From: a virus
IMG/VR virus record: IMGVR_UViG_3300042691_034899
Span: 16,849-80,848 of that record
Length of the DNA: 64,000 nucleotides
Direction: 5' to 3' (one strand)
The position numbers and the translations under genes are program-made. The notes beneath the pieces are model-generated. The model worked only from the letters and a program-made list of their open reading frames with translations, searched no databases and was not told the origin of the DNA. Shown here one piece after another: positions 10,261 to 19,728 of the stretch (its first letter is position 1; every line of letters starts with the position of its first letter).

Positions 10261-10509
10261 ATGAGAGCAATAAAAAATAAGTTAATTGTAAAAGTACAAT
10301 TGGAAGCAGAGAAATCTGAGTCAGGAATTATAGTTGATACAGAAAAGAAACCAGATAGAGGTATTGTAACCTCAATTGGAAAAGAGGTCACAGATGAGAT
10401 CAAAGTTGGTGACACAGTTGTCTTTAGTCAATTCGCTGGAAAAGCGGAGAAGATAGGAGAAGATAACTATGTCCTACTTAATGAGGGCGAGGTGTATTAC
10501 GCAATATAA
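10261..10509 (+). CDS. groES: Co-chaperonin GroES
   Basis: KSESGIIV mobile loop, GIVTSIG, IKVGDTVVFSQFAG. Confidence 0.9.
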   Translation: MRAIKNKLIVKVQLEAEKSESGIIVDTEKKPDRGIVTSIGKEVTDEIKVGDTVVFSQFAGKAEKIGEDNYVLLNEGEVYYAI

Positions 10510-10595
10510 TGGATGCTATTGCAGTAATCTTACTAGTTATACTAGCTGCAATATTCGGCAGCAAGAGAAGGATCAATAATAGAAAAAACTTTTAG
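10509..10595 (+). CDS. 28-aa single-TM microprotein
   Basis: Hand translation MDAIAVILLVILAAIFGSKRRINNRKNF; TAATG-coupled to groES. Confidence 0.5.
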   Translation: MDAIAVILLVILAAIFGSKRRINNRKNF

Positions 10596-10832
10596 ATGGA
10601 TATTAAAAAATTGGCAGAAGAGTTTACAAAAAAGCCAGGCAATTCAGTAGTATCAGCAGAGATGCTTGTAAACTTCTATAAGTTTATTGAATCTCAAAAT
10701 GTTGAGGATGAGATGTTAGCATCTAAATTAGGATTAACCTACACAGGGGTAGCCGACTATTGGGTTATGAGCGGCTCTCCTAGTAGGATTGTTTATGAGT
10801 TTACAGGTTTTGGATTTAGAGAGATTAAATAA
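10596..10832 (+). CDS. Hypothetical protein
   Basis: 78-aa ORF. Confidence 0.55.
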   Translation: MDIKKLAEEFTKKPGNSVVSAEMLVNFYKFIESQNVEDEMLASKLGLTYTGVADYWVMSGSPSRIVYEFTGFGFREIK

Positions 10833-10834
10833 AA

Positions 10835-11362
10835 ATGAGAAAGCTTAAGAAGCGAATTATTATTTGCGGACATGCAGCATCTGGTAAAGATTATCTAGCT
10901 GCTGAGTTTATAAATCAAGGATATAAAAAAGATATAAGCAAGACCACTAGGCCAATGAGATCTGGTGAAAAACCTGGAGTTACTTATAAGTTTGTATCGT
11001 ATAATGATTTTAAAAATAGTATCTCAAAAGGGGATTTCTTTGAGTACCTAAATTTTAACGGCTGGTACTATGGTACTACACTTGACAGTTGGAATACATC
11101 TGATATTTTTATCATGGCTCCATCTGCTATAAAAAAATTACCTAAAGAAGATAGAGAAGAAAGTGTAGTACTATTCATAGATATCGATAGGTCCGAAAGA
11201 TTAAATAGAATATCTAAGAGATCTGATGCTGATTCTGTAACGAGAAGATTACTTGCTGACGATGATGATTTCAATGGCTTTATAAGCTATGATTATAGGG
11301 AGACTTCTCCTAACTTTAATAGTAAATCTATAGTTGAGTTTTTAATACGTATAGCTTCATGA
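10835..11362 (+). CDS. gmk: Guanylate kinase-like NMP kinase
   Basis: P-loop GHAASGKD, TTRPMRSGEKPGVTYKFVS, FNGWYYGT. Confidence 0.85.
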   Translation: MRKLKKRIIICGHAASGKDYLAAEFINQGYKKDISKTTRPMRSGEKPGVTYKFVSYNDFKNSISKGDFFEYLNFNGWYYGTTLDSWNTSDIFIMAPSAIKKLPKEDREESVVLFIDIDRSERLNRISKRSDADSVTRRLLADDDDFNGFISYDYRETSPNFNSKSIVEFLIRIAS

Positions 11363-11520
11363 TAATTAATGTAATTACTAATTCTGATAAAAAAGAAAAC
11401 CTGGACACACTATTATATGAAATGTATCCAGGTTGTAAAATACTAAGTAGTAGTATTATAAAGGTTGAGTATCACAAAGAATACAAGTATTCAAAGTCTT
11501 TTAAAGTACAAAAGGATGGG

Positions 11521-11817
11521 TTACTCATTTTCCATGATAGAGATTAAATCTCTTGCCTCAGCAGCTTTTTCAAACATCTCGTTTTCAACAAAATATTTTT
11601 GAGCATTCTCAAGAACATCTTTGATCATATCTGTATGGATGTAAACTTTACCGAGAACTTCTTCTCCAAAATCAAAATCTACAAGTAGAAGTATCTCTTC
11701 TTCTGATCCATTTTCAATAAATTCTCTACATTTTTCCAATCCTTTTTCGTGGATTAATGACCTGTTATTCTCAAGCCATTTTTCAATTACATCACTTACG
11801 TCTTCTTCGTCTTTCAT
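11521..11817 (-). CDS. Hypothetical protein with C-terminal UvrB/UvrC (UVR)-like motif
   Basis: ENEMFEKAAEARDLI. Confidence 0.55.
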   Translation of the reverse strand: MKDEEDVSDVIEKWLENNRSLIHEKGLEKCREFIENGSEEEILLLVDFDFGEEVLGKVYIHTDMIKDVLENAQKYFVENEMFEKAAEARDLISIMENE

Positions 11818-11818
11818 C

Positions 11819-12082
11819 TTACTTCATTAAATTATGCATAGAGTGCTTTATTTTATCGATCATTACTTTTACTAGAATCCTGTATATGAAAAGTATAGCA
11901 ACGCAAATAATAGATGAAGTAATTCCAATTTTTGTTGCATAAGGGAACTCCCAAACTGCTAATACTAAACTTAAAATTGATAGTATAAAGAATCCTAACT
12001 GAGTGTATATCAACCACTTGAATCTTTCAGCGACATAATTTTCAGCGTGATGCTTAATCATATATTCAATAAAATCTCTCAT
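11819..12082 (-). CDS. Two-TM membrane protein
   Basis: Two hydrophobic stretches; likely ATG 12082, downstream of a minus-strand TATATTTG box (12101-12108). Confidence 0.55.
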   Translation of the reverse strand: MRDFIEYMIKHHAENYVAERFKWLIYTQLGFFILSILSLVLAVWEFPYATKIGITSSIICVAILFIYRILVKVMIDKIKHSMHNLMK

Positions 12083-12119
12083 AAAAAATGTATATATGTA
12101 CAAATATACAAAATATTTT

Positions 12120-12518
12120 TTAATTAGACAACATAGAAGAGACTCTAGACCTAGATTTCTCCCCTATTGGAATTGGATAACCACCCTCATCTATATGTAC
12201 AAATTTAATATGTGTTTTTAGAACCACAACTTGTTTACCTGTATATACATTATGAGCTCTTGCCTCCATGTATAAATTTATAGAAGAGTTACCTATTGAT
12301 TGTGGATAACCGTATATTTTAATTAGCTGTCCTTCACGAGCTGGCTTTTCAAAATTACATTTATCAATTGATACTGTAACCATTCTAGGTGTATCACAAA
12401 GCTGCATTGCATAACCTGCTGCTGAAGCATCAATCCATGCTAAAAGTTTTCCACCGAATAGGTTACCATGAAAACCTAAATCGGATTTTTTAATTGGGTG
12501 TGAGTTTAATAATTCCAT
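12120..12518 (-). CDS. Hotdog-fold acyl-CoA thioesterase (YciA-like)
   Basis: DLGFHGNLFGGKLLAWID, VTVSIDKCNFEKP, FVHIDEGG.P. Confidence 0.85.
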   Translation of the reverse strand: MELLNSHPIKKSDLGFHGNLFGGKLLAWIDASAAGYAMQLCDTPRMVTVSIDKCNFEKPAREGQLIKIYGYPQSIGNSSINLYMEARAHNVYTGKQVVVLKTHIKFVHIDEGGYPIPIGEKSRSRVSSMLSN

Positions 12519-13552
12519 TAATTTGATAAAGGTGCTTTAATATGTGGATGTGATTTATAATCTTCAATCAGAAAATCTTGTACCTCAATATATTCTATTT
12601 GTCCTAGTATGTCTGAATCGGGATTCCAGAATTCATCATTAATAGTTAATGAACATAATGAATAAGGTTCCCTACTGATTTGTTCTTTAGCTTGATCTAC
12701 GTGGTTTAAGTATAAATGTGTATCACCTAAATTACCAATTAATTCATCAGGAACCATGTTAACTTCTTTTGCAATTATTTCAAGAAGCAGCCCATATGAC
12801 GCTATATTAAATGGCAAACCAAGAAATGTATCTACCGAACGTTGATTCCACATTAGAGAAATAGCTCTGTATTTTCCTGGATTAGTAATCTTTTCCTCTC
12901 TAGTTGTTGGTCTTGTATAAAATTGAAAATCAGTATGACATGGTGGAAGTGTCATTTGGCCCAATTCACCAACATTCCAAGCCGAAACTTTATTACGTCT
13001 AGAATCTGGATCTGTTTTAAGTAAGTGGATTGAGTTTGCGATTTGATCATACTTTGGGACTTTTTTAAAATCGGTCTCCATTCCATGATTCCATCCAGTA
13101 GGTACTTTATGGAACCCTCCCCAACTTCTCCATTGAGCTCCATAAATAGGACCTAATTCACCCCACTTCTTAGCAAACTCTTCATCAAGCTTTATCGCTT
13201 TTTCGAAGTCTTCTTTTGACAACTTTGGTATTGTACTAAATGGTGAAGTTTCATTTGCTTTATCATTCCATTCACAATACTTCTTATATGCATCCCCCAT
13301 CCAGATGTTACAATCATTCTCAATAAGGTACTTAATGTTTGTATCTCCACGTAAGAACCAAAGAAGCTCTGCTACTACACCTTTCCAATAAACTTTTTTT
13401 GTAGTTAAGATTGGGAACCCTTCTGACATCTTGTGTCTAATCTGTCTTCCAAATACTGATAAGGTTCCAGTACCAGTTCGGTCTTCTTTCCTAATACCAT
13501 TATCTAGGATATCCTGTAAAAGTTCTTGGTACTGTTTATCTAGATTGTTCAT
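12518..13552 (-). CDS. thyA: Thymidylate synthase
   Basis: DRTGTGT, ELLWFLRG, DSRR, LPPCH, QRSVDTFLGLPFNIASY, HLYLNH. Confidence 0.97.
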   Translation of the reverse strand: MNNLDKQYQELLQDILDNGIRKEDRTGTGTLSVFGRQIRHKMSEGFPILTTKKVYWKGVVAELLWFLRGDTNIKYLIENDCNIWMGDAYKKYCEWNDKANETSPFSTIPKLSKEDFEKAIKLDEEFAKKWGELGPIYGAQWRSWGGFHKVPTGWNHGMETDFKKVPKYDQIANSIHLLKTDPDSRRNKVSAWNVGELGQMTLPPCHTDFQFYTRPTTREEKITNPGKYRAISLMWNQRSVDTFLGLPFNIASYGLLLEIIAKEVNMVPDELIGNLGDTHLYLNHVDQAKEQISREPYSLCSLTINDEFWNPDSDILGQIEYIEVQDFLIEDYKSHPHIKAPLSN

Positions 13553-14129
13553 TAAGCTCGCATATTATTTGGTCAGATGATTTATCTTTTCTGTGTGAAA
13601 AATGTATATGAGAATCAACAGTCATATTTGATCTGTTAGGATTCTTCTTCCATTTCTCATGTCTTATAACTTGTATTATATCAAATGCAATTCTGCAGGA
13701 GTCATCAACAGATGGGTTATAGATCCCCCAAGATCCATGAAGTGGCATAGTAATATCATTGATCAAAATGTTTCTTGGCCGCAATAAAGCTCTATCCGCA
13801 TCATCTCTAATCTGATGATACCTTGAATAGTCAGTACTCAACTTAACATCTTTAAGTTTTATCCAAGCTTTCTCTTCCACCCAATGTCCATCTTTACCAA
13901 CACTTCCATTAATCAATGCTTTACCATTTTTAATTTCAAGTATCTCACCTTGAGGAGTCCTATCACCCACCTCTGGTTTTTTAGTTGGCCTACATAAAGA
14001 CTCAATAAAACTTTGAAATGTTGGATGATCTTTTATTCTTTCGAACTGACCAGCTCCAATCCTAGAATAGAAATCAAGAGCATCCTGTACAATCCAGAGC
14101 TGCTCATCTGTTAGTTTTAAAGTATTCAT
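13536..14129 (-). CDS. Hypothetical protein
   Basis: 197-aa ORF. Confidence 0.6.
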   Translation of the reverse strand: MNTLKLTDEQLWIVQDALDFYSRIGAGQFERIKDHPTFQSFIESLCRPTKKPEVGDRTPQGEILEIKNGKALINGSVGKDGHWVEEKAWIKLKDVKLSTDYSRYHQIRDDADRALLRPRNILINDITMPLHGSWGIYNPSVDDSCRIAFDIIQVIRHEKWKKNPNRSNMTVDSHIHFSHRKDKSSDQIICELNEQSR

Positions 14130-14344
14130 CAGTTTATTTTTCTAAATCTTGGTACAGGAAATTCCTCACTCACTACCTCATTCCAATGACTGTAAGGTCT
14201 TGCAAATACTTGTTCTGATTTATCCGATGTATAGATTACAAGCTCTTCGTTTGTTTCTGTATGCTTACTCATACAAATAATTTGGTATACACCACCTTTA
14301 TAGTGTAACCATTTCTCTAAGGGTTGTGGAATACTACCTTCCAT
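14129..14344 (-). CDS. DUF1653-family protein
   Basis: HYKGGVY...HTETNEELVIY...FARP...RF. Confidence 0.8.
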   Translation of the reverse strand: MEGSIPQPLEKWLHYKGGVYQIICMSKHTETNEELVIYTSDKSEQVFARPYSHWNEVVSEEFPVPRFRKIN

Positions 14345-14437
14345 ACTTTTTTCTTAAGTATGCTGCATATCTAGATTGCTTTCTTCCGTTAATAAAAAAC
14401 CAACCCCAGTTCATTTCAAACCATTTAATAAGTGCTT

Positions 14438-14659
14438 TCATAATATTACTCCTTTAACTTTTTTATACTTGGCCACATCATCAATCATATATAGTTTTGA
14501 TTCATGAGTTCCATACCATGACTCTTGATGAACATTTAAATACACATCTCTTTCTTCAGATATAACTGGATAGCTATGCCCTCCTTCATATCCGTCTACA
14601 AATACATGTAGATCTGGATCTAATCTATTTAATTCTTCGATAAGTTCTCTTACAGTCAT
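14438..14659 (-). CDS. Small conserved-looking phage protein
   Basis: MTVRELIEEL..LDPD..V...GYEGG. Confidence 0.6.
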   Translation of the reverse strand: MTVRELIEELNRLDPDLHVFVDGYEGGHSYPVISEERDVYLNVHQESWYGTHESKLYMIDDVAKYKKVKGVIL

Positions 14660-14803
14660 CAGTCACCTTCTTCATTGTTAATACCTCGTACTTTCGAAAG
14701 CTGAAATTTTATACTTTCTCGCATAGAAAATTCTTTAATGAACCTTAGAAATCTATGTTTACTTCCGCATCCAAATGTAGTCCTTTTCATCTTTATTTCA
14801 AAA

Positions 14804-15871
14804 TTATTTTCTAAATTTTTTCATTGTGCCATCTTCAAAGATCTTAATGTACACACCTTCTCCAAGTTCACCATGCACTTCTCTTCCAAGCATGTCTACA
14901 ATCTTTATAACTTTTTTAACTTCAATTCTTGTATTATTTATAACAACAACTCCTATGATATCCATCGCTCCATCAAAGTCCCACTGTTTCAATCTGTAGT
15001 AATTAAGTTTCCCCTGTTCGAAATTGTGATCATTAAACAAGTACTCAGAAACTTCATTAGAGAACCCAACACTTTTCACATCTCCAATATATCTCCACTG
15101 ATCTCCATCAGTACTAGTCTCAATACTAAAGTAATCACTGTTATGTTCAGTAGCAGTACTCCACAAAAGTACATTTACTCCATCCTTGTTAAGTCCGCTA
15201 TACTCCATCATCTCTACTGGAAGCGAAGGATCAGCAGTCTCAATAAGTTCGATGTTATCAATCCACCACTCTTCACCAGTTGAATTGGCCCTTACAAATA
15301 TTCTACCTGCAAGCTGAGTTATTCCAGGAGTGAATACAAGAGTGATTGTAGAATACCCATCACCAGTAGTTGTTCTGTTACCACCACCAGCTGGGGTATA
15401 AGTATTAAGCGAACTATTTCGAACCTTGATTACTGATCCAGCAGGGTTGTAATTCCAATATGCATTACTAAAACCTGTCACTCTGATTTCATTTGTATAA
15501 CTAGTTCCTCCATTTGTACTAACTGATAGCTCCATGTAATCAGTACCATCAACTCCAGCAGTAGCAACAGTCGGCCCAGAGAACCTATAAGATCCTAACC
15601 TAAATCTAAGTGCATACTCAGATGAAGCAGTAAGCCCAGTCACATTTGGTAAAACATAAATATTAGATTCCACACTAGAGGATCCATTACCAGCTCCATA
15701 AATAGCAGCACTTAAATCTGGAGATACAGATACATTCATAAAGTACCCAGTAGTAGGAGAGTTCATAGCCCAATAACATGGCCAACTAAATGTTTCTATG
15801 TTATCAAATAACACAGTAGTCTGCCCCATAACAGAGAGGGGCATAAGTAGAGTTAGTAATAATTTTTTCAT
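14804..15871 (-). CDS. Secreted protein with Bacteroidota LPVE/Ig module and T9SS C-terminal-domain-like tail
   Basis: Sec signal then Q; LPVE...LLWSTATEHNSDYFSIE.S.DG...YYRLKQWDFDG; C-terminus IVDMLGREV...GVYIKIFEDGTMKKFRK. Confidence 0.75.
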   Translation of the reverse strand: MKKLLLTLLMPLSVMGQTTVLFDNIETFSWPCYWAMNSPTTGYFMNVSVSPDLSAAIYGAGNGSSSVESNIYVLPNVTGLTASSEYALRFRLGSYRFSGPTVATAGVDGTDYMELSVSTNGGTSYTNEIRVTGFSNAYWNYNPAGSVIKVRNSSLNTYTPAGGGNRTTTGDGYSTITLVFTPGITQLAGRIFVRANSTGEEWWIDNIELIETADPSLPVEMMEYSGLNKDGVNVLLWSTATEHNSDYFSIETSTDGDQWRYIGDVKSVGFSNEVSEYLFNDHNFEQGKLNYYRLKQWDFDGAMDIIGVVVINNTRIEVKKVIKIVDMLGREVHGELGEGVYIKIFEDGTMKKFRK

Positions 15872-16242
15872 TCTTCAATTAGTGTTAATTCAACCCCAGA
15901 TGCGAGGTAATAATAAAATAAATTTTGCAACTGATCAACAGTGCTTACAACTTTCCTATTTGGACCAACAAAGGTTCTTCTACCATCAGCCAGTAGAAGC
16001 TCAAAATCATGATCACCAAATCTGACAAACTCACTTTGATTACATCCATTATAAATAGACCCACCAAACTCTTCTATCCATTCCCAATCAAGAGGCATCT
16101 TAGAAAACTCCTCACACACTCCCTCAACATAATCTCCATCTAAAGTATACCCACATACAATAGACTCACTTACACTGAAGACCTCAACAACAACTCCTTT
16201 AAAAACAATAAGGTTACCAACCCTAAGATCCATACATAACAT
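15868..16242 (-). CDS. Hypothetical phage protein
   Basis: DLRVGN...VDQLQNLFY pattern. Confidence 0.6.
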   Translation of the reverse strand: MLCMDLRVGNLIVFKGVVVEVFSVSESIVCGYTLDGDYVEGVCEEFSKMPLDWEWIEEFGGSIYNGCNQSEFVRFGDHDFELLLADGRRTFVGPNRKVVSTVDQLQNLFYYYLASGVELTLIEE

Positions 16243-16399
16243 CCCTAAGTAGTTTTATCTTAATATCCAATACATCAATACAACCCTTATGATAATCCAT
16301 AGACTCTCTACATAGGGTAGTCCTAAACCTATCTACATGGTATTCCCTTGTCTGTATATAACCATCAAGTAGTTCTTTCAAATCCTCCAAACTTTTCAT
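16223..16399 (-). CDS. Hypothetical protein, near-leaderless
   Basis: ATG 16399 lies 5 nt after a minus-strand TAGATTTG box (16405-16412), with TTTG at 16433-16436. Confidence 0.55.
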   Translation of the reverse strand: MKSLEDLKELLDGYIQTREYHVDRFRTTLCRESMDYHKGCIDVLDIKIKLLRDVMYGS

Positions 16400-16922
16400 A
16401 GCCACAAATCTAACAAAAAGAATCAATACAAACAAATAAATTAACACCTATCTAATTTAATCCCCCCTCCCCAACCATAAGTATAAACACCTACCCCCCA
16501 TTACACAATTTGCGTTACACAAAATGTAGAATAATATCCTATAGGGAATAAACTATTTCCAGATGATGACCCCAGATGTTGCTTAGACTTTTTTTGGGAG
16601 GGGTTAAAAATCAAAATACAAAATCGACCATACCTGCGTAACCACTATACCCCCCCATGCCCCGTAGCTTGGGAGTTTTTGGGGCGCACCCCTATACAAA
16701 AAATAAAGAACATACGCAAGTTTTGAGCCCAAAAGTTTTGAAAAAGTTTTGTTCAAAAGTTTTAGCCCATTTTCTTGGATCTTACGTATATTTTTACTAA
16801 AGAGTATACCTAGCAGTATACTAGTAGTGTATACAAAAAACTTTCCTAACTTGCAAGTTTTTGGGGCTTAACTTACTAACACACAATTGTTAATAACTAC
16901 ATGTAATTATTTTTACAAATTA

Positions 16923-17131
16923 CTTGCTATATTAATTATAATAACTATATTTGTATGTGGTCAAAGGACAACGAAACGAATTGAAATAATTGAAAAAAAA
17001 GTTTACAAAAAACTTGCACAATTGAAATTGTTTACTTATCTTTACAATATGAAACAAAGATAAAGGGACAAAAAAAGATTGAAAAAAGTTTACAAAAAAC
17101 TTGCACAATTAAAAAAAGTTTTGTATCTTTG
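16923..17131 (+). promoter_or_regulatory. Three tandem early promoters
   Basis: CTTGC..TATATTTG (16946-16953), CTTGC..TATCTTTA (17037-17044), CTTGC..TATCTTTG (17124-17131). Confidence 0.75.
16995..17110 (+). repeat. 29-bp exact direct repeat (promoter duplication)
   Basis: AAAAAAGTTTACAAAAAACTTGCACAATT at 16995-17023 and 17082-17110. Confidence 0.9.
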
Positions 17132-17157
17132 ATAAGTAGAAAATAAAACAAGTAGTA

Positions 17158-17379
17158 ATGGAAAATTCAACAACGATTTTCCTCCCTAATAAGGAATGCC
17201 TAATCGGGAGGGCTAAGGTTACCAAAGTTGGTAAACTTCACAAAGGTAAACGAACGGTAAAAATTCAGACTGTTCGTGAGAATTTAGAGGGGCAGTTTTT
17301 GTACCTAGCTAACAAAGATCGTAGGCGAATTGATCAACAGAATTCTAGGGCTGAAAAAAGAGCTATGAGAATTAAGTAA
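17158..17379 (+). CDS. First early gene, basic hypothetical protein
   Basis: 73 aa, directly after the tandem promoters. Confidence 0.65.
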   Translation: MENSTTIFLPNKECLIGRAKVTKVGKLHKGKRTVKIQTVRENLEGQFLYLANKDRRRIDQQNSRAEKRAMRIK

Positions 17380-17584
17380 TGTTGCAAACATATTGCAAAG
17401 TATATGCTACCCTAGTTAGGTAATTGGGAGGGGTACGTTAGAGCCTGAACGTTAAAAAAGGATTGTAGACAAATGTTAATGTGCATACTGTGTCTTGTTG
17501 TGAACAGATATAGTAGGTCTATTCGAGTCGAATAGGTTTAGGTACATGATACGCTCAAACATTAACACACAAAAACTCTTTATT

Positions 17585-17986
17585 ATGAAAAATGTAGGAA
17601 TTACTTTAGTGCAAGGTGAAGCTAAGTTACACTTCAACACGGAATTATCAAGCAGAAATTTCACTGAAATTTCAGGTACACTAAGCGGACGTATACTCGC
17701 TTTAATGTATCGCAAGAAAAAGTACAATATCAATCTAGGTGGATTTTCTTTCGCCCGTAAATTCGATGTTCGTATTGAAATTGATGGCATGGCTTCCGAT
17801 GGTACGAACACAATTGCCAATGGTTTAGTGCAGTTTGGGATCACCATTCAGAACAATGAGAAATCGTTCGAGAAATTCCATGGCTTTATTGGTGAATTGG
17901 TTGAGGATATCTTGACAGGACGTAACGTTTTGGAGGGTACATTGGACGAAATATTGGACGCATACGGAATCCAATTGATCAAGTAA
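17585..17986 (+). CDS. Early hypothetical protein
   Basis: Likely start ATG 17585 (MKNVGI); GC hairpin at 18000-18022 follows. Confidence 0.65.
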   Translation: MKNVGITLVQGEAKLHFNTELSSRNFTEISGTLSGRILALMYRKKKYNINLGGFSFARKFDVRIEIDGMASDGTNTIANGLVQFGITIQNNEKSFEKFHGFIGELVEDILTGRNVLEGTLDEILDAYGIQLIK

Positions 17987-18196
17987 TCACAGACAAAATC
18001 CCCCTCTATTAATCGGAGGGGGTAAACTCTAGTCACATGAAAACGTACACAAACATATTACAGACTTTTATTATTCTATGTATATGCTCACACGTATACC
18101 TAGTACATGAGGGGGCAGACAAGTATTTATATACACTAATTACGTTTCTGTTAATGCTATGTATTGTTTTATTACCAATCTTAAACAAAAAAGATC

Positions 18197-18881
18197 ATGC
18201 AAGTAATTGAAAAATTGGAAAAGGCTGTATTCAATACGGCAATAGACAGCAATACCATTTCAGGTACATTGTTGGGCAAAGATGTAGAGGTAGATTTACG
18301 CACAAAGTTTACCCAACATACAGACTATGTTAAAAAATTCGATCTATTCGTTCAGGTTATTTTAACCGTGAAGATCGATGGAGAGGTAGTTGTTGTTTGG
18401 GGTAGTGAATCAATTGATGATATCAATACTATTGTCAAATGGTTTCTGAAAAAACATTCAGATGCGGTTAAAAATGAGTATAGTATTAAAGATTGGAAAC
18501 GATATGAGGGGCAAAGATTCTTTGATTCAATTTAATTACATATGGACAAGATAAGAAACCAAAGAGAAAGTGTATATTGGATAATACTTTCTATACTAAT
18601 GGGTGGACTGTTAGGAATATTAATCTTTAATGGTTTAATCAATCTAAAATAGGATCATGTTAGAAGCTATATACATAGAACAAGCTTATCAAGAATTGAA
18701 GGAGCTTCTGTTCGATGCAAGAAAAGAATTGATCGAGGGTATAGACCATTACTGCTCAATGAATCAGGATCAAGACTCAGAGCAAATAGCTATTGCCCTA
18801 GCAGAACTAAGTGATCGTATTGAATTAAGCGAGAAAAGGTTTAATCAATTAAAACAAAAGAGGGCAATTGCCTTTAGTTAG
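18197..18881 (+). CDS. Early hypothetical proteins (18197-18535, 18657-18881)
   Basis: ORF track. Confidence 0.55.
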
Positions 18882-18984
18882 GAATCCAATAATACAAACA
18901 TACTGTAATTGTCTCCCATGGCAAGGGCATTTTATGCTGAAATGGGGTACAAAATTGCATGTTAGGATTCCAATAATAGAACAT
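18877..18984 (+). repeat. Imperfect ~24-bp direct repeat flanking a hairpin
   Basis: GTTAGGAATCCAATAATACAAACAT (18877-18901) and GTTAGGATTCCAATAATAGAACAT (18961-18984). Confidence 0.75.
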
Positions 18985-19728
18985 TTTGTGTAAAACTTTT
19001 GTGTTGGTTGTGTTTTTGTGTGAAGGTGGGAGGGGGTGGTAATGCTCTGATTATCAGTCAATTATCCCCCCTCAATGGGCTAAAAATAAAAAACACTTGT
19101 AAATAACAAATTTTTACTATACTGTTATAAGTAGCTTTTAAATTAAAAATTATGAATTATTGGTTAAAAACAAAAATAGTTTCTAATTGGAGTTTTTTTG
19201 GGAAATCAAAAACATTTGTATATCGTAACTTTAAAAATAAAACAGTTACAATAGATTTTGGAAATGGTGGAAGATGTACTACTTATGATTATAATGGGAA
19301 ATGGATAGTAGGATAAATAAAAATGATGCTACATTTATACTATGAAACTAATTACATTCAATACTAACGATCCCCTACAAATTAAAAGGGCTGAACGTTT
19401 AAAGACTAAGTACGAAAACCTAGGTTATTCCCTTGTGAATACCTCTGTTAATTCTGTTACTGGTATATGTGTTATTACTTATAAATACATTTAGATATGA
19501 AATACTTTCTTATTGTTATTAGCCTATTGGTTGGTTGGTTATTTAGTTGGTGGTACTATTCCCCTAGCTATGCATATACAGACTATTTCCTAGAGGTACA
19601 TGAAGACTATGTTATACTAGAATCTGTACATGGTAGAGTCTATTCAGGTAGCTATTCAGATATAGATAGTTTAGTACTAGTAGATAACTTATAGTTGCAC
19701 AGGTTTAATTTTTAAAATCAAAGATCCC

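Larger units (their letters stand above)
16450..17157. other. Divergent non-coding control hub (candidate genome terminus or replication origin)
   Basis: ~700 bp without an ORF; transcription diverges here; C/G homopolymer runs, AAAAGTTTT repeats, three GTATAC palindromes, tandem promoters. Confidence 0.55.
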
